NCBI GenBank assembly: GCA_025999155.1
Contig: AP026679.1
Coordinates: forward strand, 400,699-464,698
From: Candidatus Dojkabacteria bacterium
Lineage (GTDB): Bacteria; Patescibacteriota; Dojkabacteria; JAOAGR01
Direction: 5' to 3'
Length of the DNA: 64,000 nucleotides
Shown here: piece by piece, positions 1 through 8,536 of the stretch
How positions within the stretch are numbered: position 1 is the stretch's first letter
Layout: each line of letters begins with the position of its first letter
Notes under the pieces: generated by a model
What the model saw: the letters and a program-made list of their open reading frames with translations, nothing else
The model's database searches: none
What the model was told of the DNA's origin: nothing
Made by a program: the position numbers and the translations under genes

Positions 1-1
1 G

Positions 2-523
2 ATGTCAAATAATGGATTGCAAGAGGTAAATAATTTAGAATGGTTTTTTATTGACAACTTAAAGTGTGAAGAAGGTCTTGCTTACAGTATTTACAATGAA
101 GGATCCGTCTATTTTATCATCGAAGTTCAAGCTTTATGTATAAAGACATCTTTTACTTATCCTAAAAGAATCTCAAACGGATACGATGCAAAAAGATTAG
201 AAATGTTGATAGCGATATTAAGTAAAAAATTAGGCCTTCCTTTAGAAAATTGTGATATTTACGTAAACATTGTAGGAGGCATTAAAATCACAGATACAAG
301 TGCCGATTTAGCTGTTGCTGCAGCAATAATTTCTTCTTTTCAAAACAAACCATTAGCTGATAAACCATGTTTTATTGGGGAAATAAGTCTTACTGGCGAA
401 GTAAGAAAAATTCACAAACAAACAGAAAAAATTAAAAAAGCGAAAGAATACGGCTTCAAAAAAATATACTATGATAAAGTAATGCCAAATATCAAACTCT
501 TATTAGAACACAACACGTTATAA
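2..523 (+). CDS. radA: DNA repair protein RadA/Sms, C-terminal Lon-like domain (5'-truncated by window edge)
   Basis: The translation carries the RadA C-terminal Lon-protease-like domain motifs 'DLAVAAAIISS' and 'IGEISLTGEVR'. The ORF runs from the first base of the window, so the N-terminal zinc-finger and RecA-like domains lie outside it. Confidence 0.7.
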   Translation: MSNNGLQEVNNLEWFFIDNLKCEEGLAYSIYNEGSVYFIIEVQALCIKTSFTYPKRISNGYDAKRLEMLIAILSKKLGLPLENCDIYVNIVGGIKITDTSADLAVAAAIISSFQNKPLADKPCFIGEISLTGEVRKIHKQTEKIKKAKEYGFKKIYYDKVMPNIKLLLEHNTL

Positions 524-571
524 ATTGACCAGATGACTCAGTATTTTTGATAAACAATTTTACTAAAATCG

Positions 572-1270
572 TTAGTAATTATTAGTATGGCATATATTTT
601 CTGGTCGTGTTTCAGAAGGATTAAATAATCTAAAATCACGGACTGGCCATATTACAACAACCACACGTCCCTTAATGGTATTAACACTAGGATCTATCGA
701 TAGAAAGAATCTCGAATCGGCGCTCTGTCTCCTATTATCGCCTAATACAAATAAGTGTCCAGAAGGAACTATATATTCTTCTCCTTCTACCATTTTTGCT
801 CCGGAAGGCAACTCCGTAAGACGATTGACCGGTAAATAACTTTCATTCAATAATTCTCCGTTTCTGTATACTTTTCCCTCCTCAATCTTTATTCGATCTC
901 CTCCTAGTCCTATGACTCTTTTAATATAATCCTCATTATCATTTTTCTTGAATATAATTACATCACCATAAGTATAACCACGAAATAATGGAGTCAATTT
1001 ATCAGCTAATATGACATCTCCTCTACAAAAATTAGGTTCCATAGAAGGTCCTTCAATAGTATGAGGGGATACAATAAATAAATGAAACACAATAAATATT
1101 GCCAATGAAACAATCAAAACCTGAACAGAATCCAAAAACCACATAACTATACTTCCGATAAAAGCCACAAAAGGGCCCTTCCCAACAAAAAAATTAGCTA
1201 AACTAGTCTCATTTTCATCTGAAAGCAATAACCTTTTTAATCTTTCAGTGTCAACCCTGTGAATATTCAT
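572..1270 (-). CDS. lepB: signal peptidase I (S26 family)
   Basis: The N-terminal TM anchor is followed by the catalytic Ser box 'GPSMEPNF' and the conserved 'GDNRRQSADSR' box. Confidence 0.85.
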   Translation of the reverse strand: MNIHRVDTERLKRLLLSDENETSLANFFVGKGPFVAFIGSIVMWFLDSVQVLIVSLAIFIVFHLFIVSPHTIEGPSMEPNFCRGDVILADKLTPLFRGYTYGDVIIFKKNDNEDYIKRVIGLGGDRIKIEEGKVYRNGELLNESYLPVNRLTELPSGAKMVEGEEYIVPSGHLFVLGDNRRQSADSRFFLSIDPSVNTIKGRVVVVIWPVRDFRLFNPSETRPENICHTNNY

Positions 1271-1422
1271 GAATAACTAGAATTTAACATGAAAATCAAA
1301 AAAAAAGAAACATCGTGCGCTATAACTAGCTATTTTCTATAAATTACTTCTAAATCGAAAAAAGAATTTAGAAGGCAACTTTACTATAAATTTGGATAGA
1401 TCAGAGAGAGATGCTCAACACA

Positions 1423-2658
1423 TCATAAACTTTGCTCGATCTGCAACAACCGATTGAGCTTAGAATTATATTCTGATCCTTTATAGTACCCTGTTCTAAT
1501 GTATTCTGCTCCTAACCCTACACTTAAGTCAACTATAAAAGTATCTTCAGTCTCTCCATATCTATATGAACCAGTTAAATTCAGTCCATGTTTTCGAGCA
1601 CGTAAAGCGAAATATATAATTTCCGTAACAGTACCTATTTGCGTAGGTTTGAAAACGATATTATTTGCAGACTCAAGTAAAGCAACTTTTTCAAGCCTCT
1701 CTAAATTTGTAGCTGTAAGATCATCTGAAACTATTTGCATATTTTGTCTAATATCAGATGTCTGATCAATCAGCTCTTTCCATGCATAATAATCATCTTC
1801 TGCATAAAAATCTTCCAAAAAACTTAAACGAGTATTTCTAATAATATCCAAATACTTAGACAATAAAGCATGAGGTTCGCCATTGAAATTAGTATGATTT
1901 CTTGTCAAATTAGGAATTACATAATTATTATTATCGGATCTTTTGTACCGTGAAGCAGCCATATCTACACCTAAATCTAACTTTACTTTTGATCGAGTAA
2001 TCTGTTTAGTAAGATCCTCTAAGAACGTTTTTAAATTATGACGAGTATCATCTAGATCGAGTGTTTGAATAAATTTGAAAATCTGTATGAGATGCTTTTG
2101 ATAATCAAAACCATTCTTAGGAAAAATCAGCACTTCTTGTGCAGGGAGAATGTTTTGAGTACTATGTGAAGCAGATCTGTATATTGTAATGACAGGTATA
2201 GGTAAGCGATATTCAGAGTGAAGTTTGAAATTCGAACGATCGGAATAGTCGTGTAATACACGAATATATTTAAATAGAGGCAAATCTGACTCTAAAGCAC
2301 CCAATTTAGCGATAGTTTGGGATATAGCTGTAATTGTGTATATGCCTAAGCGATTACGCTCTATTGAATCATCAATTTTCAACAGAAGTTCATCCAAATG
2401 CTCCTGATCCATCGCATTTTGTCCTACTAACTCAGGAGCCACAATACGATGAATACTATCAATAATCATCGTTAAATTCTCTTCTTTAAGCCTTTTGATA
2501 TCGTGATCATATACATCCCTAAATTCATATTTGCTTTTGGTTGCAGCTATGGGAACCGAAGAAACAGCAGTATTACGATGAGTTGATATTTCTACTTCAA
2601 GAGTTGGTATACCTTGTGAATTAATAATTTGTCTTGCTTTAACAGATTTTATTCTCAT
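1423..2658 (-). CDS. enolase-family protein (divergent; several canonical catalytic residues not conserved)
   Basis: It aligns end to end with enolase. The N-terminus 'ARQIINSQGIPTLEVEI' matches enolase 'GREIIDSRGNPTVEAEV' and the C-terminus 'GSYRYGETEDTFIVDLSVGLGAEYIRTGYYKGSEYNSKLNRLLQIEQSL' matches '[27 protein letters not shown]...YNQLIRIEEAL'. The metal ligands in 'VDMAAS', 'LED' and 'SDDL' and the Lys of 'FKPTQIG' are present. No 'GDEGG' motif is found, and the His/Lys of 'SHRSGETED' and 'QIKTG' are replaced by Tyr/Arg. Confidence 0.6.
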   Translation of the reverse strand: MRIKSVKARQIINSQGIPTLEVEISTHRNTAVSSVPIAATKSKYEFRDVYDHDIKRLKEENLTMIIDSIHRIVAPELVGQNAMDQEHLDELLLKIDDSIERNRLGIYTITAISQTIAKLGALESDLPLFKYIRVLHDYSDRSNFKLHSEYRLPIPVITIYRSASHSTQNILPAQEVLIFPKNGFDYQKHLIQIFKFIQTLDLDDTRHNLKTFLEDLTKQITRSKVKLDLGVDMAASRYKRSDNNNYVIPNLTRNHTNFNGEPHALLSKYLDIIRNTRLSFLEDFYAEDDYYAWKELIDQTSDIRQNMQIVSDDLTATNLERLEKVALLESANNIVFKPTQIGTVTEIIYFALRARKHGLNLTGSYRYGETEDTFIVDLSVGLGAEYIRTGYYKGSEYNSKLNRLLQIEQSL

Positions 2659-3032
2659 TTTTCGTTATTTTCATAATAACGAATGAAGAAAATAATTCAA
2701 CTTTTTCTTATAGTATCTTATATAAAGATACCATTCTATACAATGTTGCACACAACGAGAATGATAGTGCTAAATCAAATATGCACTCAAGATTTTCAAA
2801 CTAATCATGTTAAAAAATCAACAAGTATGGGTGAATTTCAATGAATTAATAACAAACCGTATGTAAGAGTTATGGCAGAGATACGAATAGCGTTTACTAT
2901 GTATTAATTTCTTTAAATCAATTTTAGATAAACATAAATAAAAAATTCTCTTTTAAAATAAAAGAAAAACAAAAGACTCTAAAACACGTGAGATATACAA
3001 AATAATTCGAAGATAGAAACTACGAAAATAGC

Positions 3033-3329
3033 TCACTCAGGATAAACTCTTTTCCACTCACCATTTTCTTCGATCTCAACAATGATGGCGAGAACAGGAC
3101 ATACTTTTGCGGAATCAAGAACTCTCTCATAAATTTGTTCTTCACTCTCAACGACTACCCAATCACCATCCCTCGCTAATTCTCTTAAAGTTTCCAAAGT
3201 TACTTCTTTTTTTACTACAGCTTTACCCGATTCATCTAATTCGTAAATATTTGGCTCAGCTAATATACACGCCATTGCCGGGATGCACAAATCGCGATCT
3301 ACTTTGAATCTGTACTTTATCTTTGCCAT
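3033..3329 (-). CDS. small ferredoxin (single Fe-S cluster, Pyrococcus-type Cys spacing)
   Basis: 'DRDLCIPAMACI' is followed by 'AKVCPVLAIIVEIEE', giving C-x5-C...CP spacing like the Pyrococcus furiosus ferredoxin fold. Ala occupies the usual Asp/Cys second-ligand position, consistent with a 3-Cys cluster. Confidence 0.5.
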   Translation of the reverse strand: MAKIKYRFKVDRDLCIPAMACILAEPNIYELDESGKAVVKKEVTLETLRELARDGDWVVVESEEQIYERVLDSAKVCPVLAIIVEIEENGEWKRVYPE

Positions 3330-3651
3330 CGGATGAAATTATACACTAATTGGTTAAAATTCACAGACTGCGAATGCATACAACTGCCTAAAAAAGAGTG
3401 AATTATCATAATCGCCTATTAGTATATAAAAAATGGTATTAATAAAAGGACACAAGAGAAATTAATCATTGACATTTTAGTCATAAAATTAGCGTTATTT
3501 AATTCATGCTATGTAACTCGTCAATTTTTATAATTATTTGTTAGCGATACGAATCGAAACATATAAAACAAAAAACTTTAATTCAGTACAGTCAATTAGA
3601 TACATGAATCCATAGTGAAATTTATTCTGATTCAAATTATTAAGCTGAATC

Positions 3652-4452
3652 TTAAAATGTTAACAAATACAATAATTCTTCAAACATCACGCTAATTGGA
3701 TCAAATATGTCTTTCAATTCATGAGGAAAAACTATGCCAAATGCAAGGACTGGCAAAAGAAAAACTCCTAGAGGTACTGCTGTTTTCGTACTTAATTTTC
3801 TAGTAATTAGAAGAGGAAGTAAAACAACAGTAGCAAGCATATATGAAAACATAATAGAGTACAAAGCATGAGGCCATCCAAAATATATTCCTATAATCAC
3901 ACCCAATCGTAAATCTCCCTCCCCGATACCTTTACCTTTGGTAAGTAGGTATTGTATTGCAAAAAATGAAAACCCGAACACAACTCCTATCAACATATTT
4001 ACAAAATCAAAGGATCCACTAAAAACTAAATAAATGACTCCAAGGATCATCAACACAAAATTAAATAATTCAGGTAATTCCATATATAACAAATCACTAA
4101 TAAAATCACCCAAAATAAACCATAAAATAAAAAATATTAGCAGTGCGTAAACACTGTACCCAAATAATAAAACAGAAAAAACAGCAACAATACCGCACAA
4201 TAATTCAACAATTGGATATTGAATAGATATTTTAGATCCACAATGTCTACACATTCCTTTTTGCAGGATAAAGCTCAAAATAGGGATTAGTTCGATGGGG
4301 GATAATGTTTTATTGCAACTCATACAATGACTACGTCCTATCCACCAAGGCATATCTAGATGAATACGAATTATTAAAACATTCAAAAAACTACCCATTA
4401 TTGATCCGAAAATAAAAACAAAGCTGTAAAAAAATATATCTAGAAGTGTCAT
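3652..4452 (-). CDS. pilD: type IV prepilin leader peptidase (A24 family)
   Basis: It has an N-terminal Cys tetrad ('CMSCNKTL...CRHCGSKI'), a polytopic membrane body, and A24 peptidase family motifs ('GSFLNV', 'YPIVELL'). Confidence 0.75.
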   Translation of the reverse strand: MTLLDIFFYSFVFIFGSIMGSFLNVLIIRIHLDMPWWIGRSHCMSCNKTLSPIELIPILSFILQKGMCRHCGSKISIQYPIVELLCGIVAVFSVLLFGYSVYALLIFFILWFILGDFISDLLYMELPELFNFVLMILGVIYLVFSGSFDFVNMLIGVVFGFSFFAIQYLLTKGKGIGEGDLRLGVIIGIYFGWPHALYSIMFSYMLATVVLLPLLITRKLSTKTAVPLGVFLLPVLAFGIVFPHELKDIFDPISVMFEELLYLLTF

Positions 4453-4664
4453 ATATTTTTGATATTAAATAAATTTATAGTTATACTAAGCTAAATGGTA
4501 AATTCGCTCAACCCAGACTAACACAATTTTAAAAAAATTAATATTTTAATATACATTTAACGACAAAAATCTTATTTCCGACCATTCCACAACAAACAAG
4601 AAATACTTTTATCAAGTTAGTATTATATGACAAAATGAAGTTGTTACAGTATTATTTGATAGTA

Positions 4665-7184
4665 TTATTTTATAAGAATATTATTTCTTATTTTGTCAAT
4701 CTCCTGCTCTAAAAGTCTAATGTAAAGCTCATATCCCACAGCATTAATATGACCACTTTGTTCAGAGCCTAGAATATTACCCGATCCTCTTATTTCCAAA
4801 TCTCTTGATGCAATTTTAAACCCAGCCCCCAACTCTTGATTCTGTATAATAGCCTCAATACGAGAAACAGCATCTGGAGTGATCCATTCATCTTCGATTT
4901 TATTTTCTTCCAGAAGATTCTTTAATTGTAACAACTCTTTTGTAGGATTTTTGTGTAATTTAATAAACTCTTTTGTTTTTGGCAATACTAAATAGCAATG
5001 TGACTGTGTAGAACTTCTGCCTACACGACCCCGCAATTGATAAAGCTGCGCAAGCCCAAATTGATGAGCTTCATCAATAATAATTGTATTAACAGTCGGT
5101 ATATCTAAACCATTTTCGATAATAGTTGTGGCGATCATTACGTCATATTTTTTATTCATAAAAGCTAACATGATTTTTTCAAGTTTGTCTGAAATCATTT
5201 GACCATGACCAATACATATCTTAGTACCGGGGGGTAATTGCTGAGTTATCTCATTTGCGAATGTATCAATATCCTCGACTTTATTATGGACTACAAAAAC
5301 TTGTCCCTCTCTATCTAATTCAAACTTGATTTTTTCAGGAATTTCATCTTTAAAGATAATTTCAGTATGCACAGGTAATCTTCCCTTTGGAGGAGTTGCA
5401 ATTATACTTATATCCTTGATACCAGTAAGAGCCATTTGCAAAGTCCTCGGAATAGGTGTAGCAGACATAGATAACACATCCAGACTTGCTCGGAGTTTGC
5501 GAATCTTTTCCTTTTGTCGTACACCAAATCTCTGCTCCTCATCAATAATCAATAAACCTAAATTTGGAACTTCAACGTCTTTTGACAATAATCTATGAGT
5601 ACCTATCAAAATATCAATTTTACCTTCTTTGGCTAGCATCAGATTTTCTTTATTAGCCTTTGCTCCGTCAAAACGGGAGACTCTAGCAACTTTCACAGGA
5701 TAATTTTTAAAACGCTGTGAAAATACATTATAAAGTTGAGATACGAGTACGGTTGTAGGGGCAAGTACCATTACTTGTTTTTTTGATAATACAGCTTTTA
5801 ACGCGGCTCTCAATGCAATTTCTGTCTTCCCGAAACCTACATCTCCAATAATAAGCCTATCCATTGGCTTTGGTGATTCCATGTCTGACTTCACTTCATT
5901 TAAAGTCTTGATCTGATCTTCTGTAAGTTGAAATTCACATTCTGTTTCAAATTTTTCTTGTAATTCGCTATCTTTTTCAAATTCAATACCTTTTTCAATC
6001 GTTTTTTTAGCATAAATTTCAATTAATTCTTTTGCTATTTCTTCTACATTCTTTTTCAATTTTTTACGGATGCTATCCCATTCAGTAGTACCTAATTTTG
6101 TTAATTTTGGTATATGTCCTTCTACAGATACATATTTTGATATTCTGGACAATTGAGACAAAGGTACTAATAAACTATCTCCGTCAAGGTATTCTATGAC
6201 TACATAATCATTTGCATTTCCCAAAACTACTTTTGTCTCAATACCTTTATAAATACCTATTCCATGAGATTCATGGACCACGTAATCATTTATATTTATT
6301 TCATGATCGAAAAATTTATTAAACTTGGAATATTTGGATTGCTTAAATGGTTTTAAATTTAAAGTGCTTAAAGCTTCATAATCCGTCATTACAATAGTCC
6401 GAGATTTCTTTTCAATAAAACCTTTTTCAAGAGTAAAAGGTAATTCAATGTGTTGAATCTGTATACCTAAATCATTTTTGATAAAACTTTCCGGTAAATT
6501 TTTGTATAAACGACCTACATAATATATAGAAAAATCGGAATAATCTTTTAAAAATCTATTAAAAACCTGCCCGTTTCTATGAAAAAGTGGCAAATAACTT
6601 AACTCCAATTCATCAACAGTATTTGGTTTACTAAATCCATGTAATTCAATTTTGTTTTGTGTGAAAATAAAAGGTTTAATTGAAAATTTGTTATATTCTC
6701 CTATGACTTCAGGGATAAAATTAGTTTTATCTGGGTTAATATTCAAAATGATAGCATTATCGAGTAACTTGATAAGTCGTAAATTTACAGGATCTATTAA
6801 AACAATCTTTTCTACTACATCATCAAAAAATTCTATTCTATAAACTAAATCAGCAATATTTGAGAATAGAGTAACAACATCGCCTTTTACAGAGTACTGC
6901 ATTTGATCATATACTCTCTCAACACGTAAATAGTTGAACTCGGATAATTTGCTTATCAGGCTACTTAGGCTAAGTTTTTGATCTTTTGAGATAACGAATA
7001 TATCAAGCTCAGGATGAATAAACTGATCTGGTAGAAGTATTTGATTCTTTTTAGAAAGATTTGCAAGAAAGTACAAATACAACCTTGCAAAATCTACAGC
7101 CTGAAATTCCAATAATGTAGCAACATTAATATCGATACCGAAAGTTTTATGATCAAAAATCCTTGTTAAAAAATCATTCAACAC
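4665..7184 (-). CDS. mfd: transcription-repair coupling factor Mfd (N-terminally shortened, 839 aa)
   Basis: It carries the RNAP-interacting domain motif 'DYVVHESHGIGIYKGIE', the SF2 translocase Walker A 'GDVGFGKTEIALRAA', and the motifs 'DEEQRFGV' and 'QLRGRVGRS'. It is about 300 aa shorter than E. coli Mfd at the N-terminus, where the UvrB-homology module lies. Confidence 0.85.
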   Translation of the reverse strand: MLNDFLTRIFDHKTFGIDINVATLLEFQAVDFARLYLYFLANLSKKNQILLPDQFIHPELDIFVISKDQKLSLSSLISKLSEFNYLRVERVYDQMQYSVKGDVVTLFSNIADLVYRIEFFDDVVEKIVLIDPVNLRLIKLLDNAIILNINPDKTNFIPEVIGEYNKFSIKPFIFTQNKIELHGFSKPNTVDELELSYLPLFHRNGQVFNRFLKDYSDFSIYYVGRLYKNLPESFIKNDLGIQIQHIELPFTLEKGFIEKKSRTIVMTDYEALSTLNLKPFKQSKYSKFNKFFDHEININDYVVHESHGIGIYKGIETKVVLGNANDYVVIEYLDGDSLLVPLSQLSRISKYVSVEGHIPKLTKLGTTEWDSIRKKLKKNVEEIAKELIEIYAKKTIEKGIEFEKDSELQEKFETECEFQLTEDQIKTLNEVKSDMESPKPMDRLIIGDVGFGKTEIALRAALKAVLSKKQVMVLAPTTVLVSQLYNVFSQRFKNYPVKVARVSRFDGAKANKENLMLAKEGKIDILIGTHRLLSKDVEVPNLGLLIIDEEQRFGVRQKEKIRKLRASLDVLSMSATPIPRTLQMALTGIKDISIIATPPKGRLPVHTEIIFKDEIPEKIKFELDREGQVFVVHNKVEDIDTFANEITQQLPPGTKICIGHGQMISDKLEKIMLAFMNKKYDVMIATTIIENGLDIPTVNTIIIDEAHQFGLAQLYQLRGRVGRSSTQSHCYLVLPKTKEFIKLHKNPTKELLQLKNLLEENKIEDEWITPDAVSRIEAIIQNQELGAGFKIASRDLEIRGSGNILGSEQSGHINAVGYELYIRLLEQEIDKIRNNILIK

Positions 7185-7249
7185 GCGCTAATGATAACAT
7201 AAGACAATTTAAAGAGATAAATCTAAACGAATATTAGCAGAGTAAAATA

Positions 7250-7277
7250 TTGACTAAACAAGTACATGTAATACAAT
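7250..7277 (+). promoter_or_regulatory. sigma70-like promoter for the pheST leader (TTGACT-N16-TACAAT)
   Basis: A consensus -35 'ttgact' and a -10 'tacaat' with 16-nt spacing lie about 240 nt upstream of pheS, matching the expected 5' end of a T-box leader. Confidence 0.4.
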
Positions 7278-7283
7278 TATAAG

Positions 7284-7510
7284 TCAAGAGAAAAAGGCAT
7301 TTGGTGCGAGCCTTTTACCTCAGATTCCGAGGCAAAGGAATCGAATTTCAACAACAAAATATTTAAACAAAGGGCCCTGTATATAACACAGGGAATAGGG
7401 GTGGTAACACCGTTGAGTTTTATAATGGATAATGTAGCCGATCATGTTTCAATGGTCCCTAGATTCAGGCTTAATTTATTTAATCCTGAATCTAGGGATT
7501 TTTTATTTTA
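7284..7510 (+). promoter_or_regulatory. probable T-box riboswitch leader (tRNA-Phe responsive) upstream of pheST
   Basis: The T-box-like sequence 'aataggggtggtaacaccg' (7398-7416) fits 'AGGGUGGNACCG' with N=U, complementary to the A73 discriminator of tRNA-Phe. A Stem III-like hairpin 'ccctgtatataacacaggg' precedes it. A UUC-containing candidate specifier region 'cctcagattccgagg' lies about 90 nt upstream. It ends with a strong intrinsic terminator immediately 5' of pheS. Confidence 0.5.
7457..7510 (+). terminator. rho-independent terminator of the pheST leader (13-bp perfect stem + U-run)
   Basis: A 13-bp perfect stem 'ccctagattcagg ... cctgaatctaggg' is followed by 'attttttatttta' and ends 10 nt before the pheS ATG. 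The 5' arm 'cccta' can alternatively pair with 'taggg' of the T-box sequence to form an antiterminator. Confidence 0.65.
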
Positions 7511-7519
7511 TACAAACAA

Positions 7520-8503
7520 ATGCTCGACAAAATAGAAAAAATAAAAAAGAATTTTGAATACGATCTACAATCAGACATAAATGCTACCGAACTAAAACGT
7601 AAATACTTAAGTAAAAACTCTGAGCTTTATGCGATACTTAGTAATATAAAAAATCTACCACCTGAAGAACGAAAACATGTAGGATTACAGGTTAATGAGC
7701 TTAAAGATTATATTACTTCAGTAATAGAGCAACGTAGCGGTCACAATATTACAAAGACTTCGTATTCTCACATAGACGTTACTTTGCCAGGCAAAAGACA
7801 CAAACTTGGTACCTACCATCCCAATACATTAATAGCACGCGAAATGAATAATATTTTTAAGTCATTAGGATTTTCTGTGTATGCTGGACCTGAGATAGAA
7901 ACCGACGAATATGTCTTTGAAAAATTAAACTTGCCAAAGCATCATCCTGCAAGATCTCTCCAAGACACTCTAATTATAGAAGATCCGGAAATCATATTAC
8001 GTTCACACACATCTTCTGTAGAAATTCGTGCAATGGAAAACGAAAAACTTCCATTGCGTATTGTAGTACCAGGTAGAGCTTTTCGATATGAGGATTTGAA
8101 TCAAACAAATCACTTCGCTTTTTATCAGTATGAAGGACTAGCTGTCGGTAAAAATATTACAATGGCTGATCTGAAAGGAACTTTTGAAATTTTTGCGAAA
8201 ATGTTTTGGGGACCAGAAACACAAATTCGCATTAGAGCTAAATACTATCCACAAGTTGAGCCCGGATGTGGACTTGATGTGTTGTGTGGTTTTTGCCATG
8301 GTAAAGGATGCCCTGTGTGTAAAAGAAGAGGTTGGATAGAAATTGCAGGGGGGGGAATGGTCCATCCGAATGCATTAAGATCTGTAGGAATCGATCCAAA
8401 TATATACTCAGGGTTTGCCTTTGGAATAGGATTTGATAGGACAGTTATGCAAAAATATAAAATCGACGATATCAGAAAACTATACGATGGAACCCTTTAT
8501 TGA
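7520..8503 (+). CDS. pheS: phenylalanine--tRNA ligase alpha subunit
   Basis: Class II aaRS motifs are present ('FRYEDLNQTNHFAFYQYEG', 'GFAFGIGFDRTVM'). It contains a Cys-rich insert 'CGLDVLCGFCHGKGCPVCKRRGW'. Confidence 0.9.
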   Translation: MLDKIEKIKKNFEYDLQSDINATELKRKYLSKNSELYAILSNIKNLPPEERKHVGLQVNELKDYITSVIEQRSGHNITKTSYSHIDVTLPGKRHKLGTYHPNTLIAREMNNIFKSLGFSVYAGPEIETDEYVFEKLNLPKHHPARSLQDTLIIEDPEIILRSHTSSVEIRAMENEKLPLRIVVPGRAFRYEDLNQTNHFAFYQYEGLAVGKNITMADLKGTFEIFAKMFWGPETQIRIRAKYYPQVEPGCGLDVLCGFCHGKGCPVCKRRGWIEIAGGGMVHPNALRSVGIDPNIYSGFAFGIGFDRTVMQKYKIDDIRKLYDGTLY

Positions 8504-8536
8504 CCTATTTTTAATTATTTTTGAAATTTACAAATT

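Noticed and set aside
1499-1765. Numerous short ORFs antisense to or nested in long genes (e.g. 1499..1765, 5326..5598, 12199..12582, 13638..14309, 24808..25158, 34585..35058, 16931..17332)
   Set aside because: They lie entirely inside well-supported conserved genes on the opposite strand or in another frame. They have low-complexity composition and no motifs, and are typical AT-rich-genome shadow ORFs.
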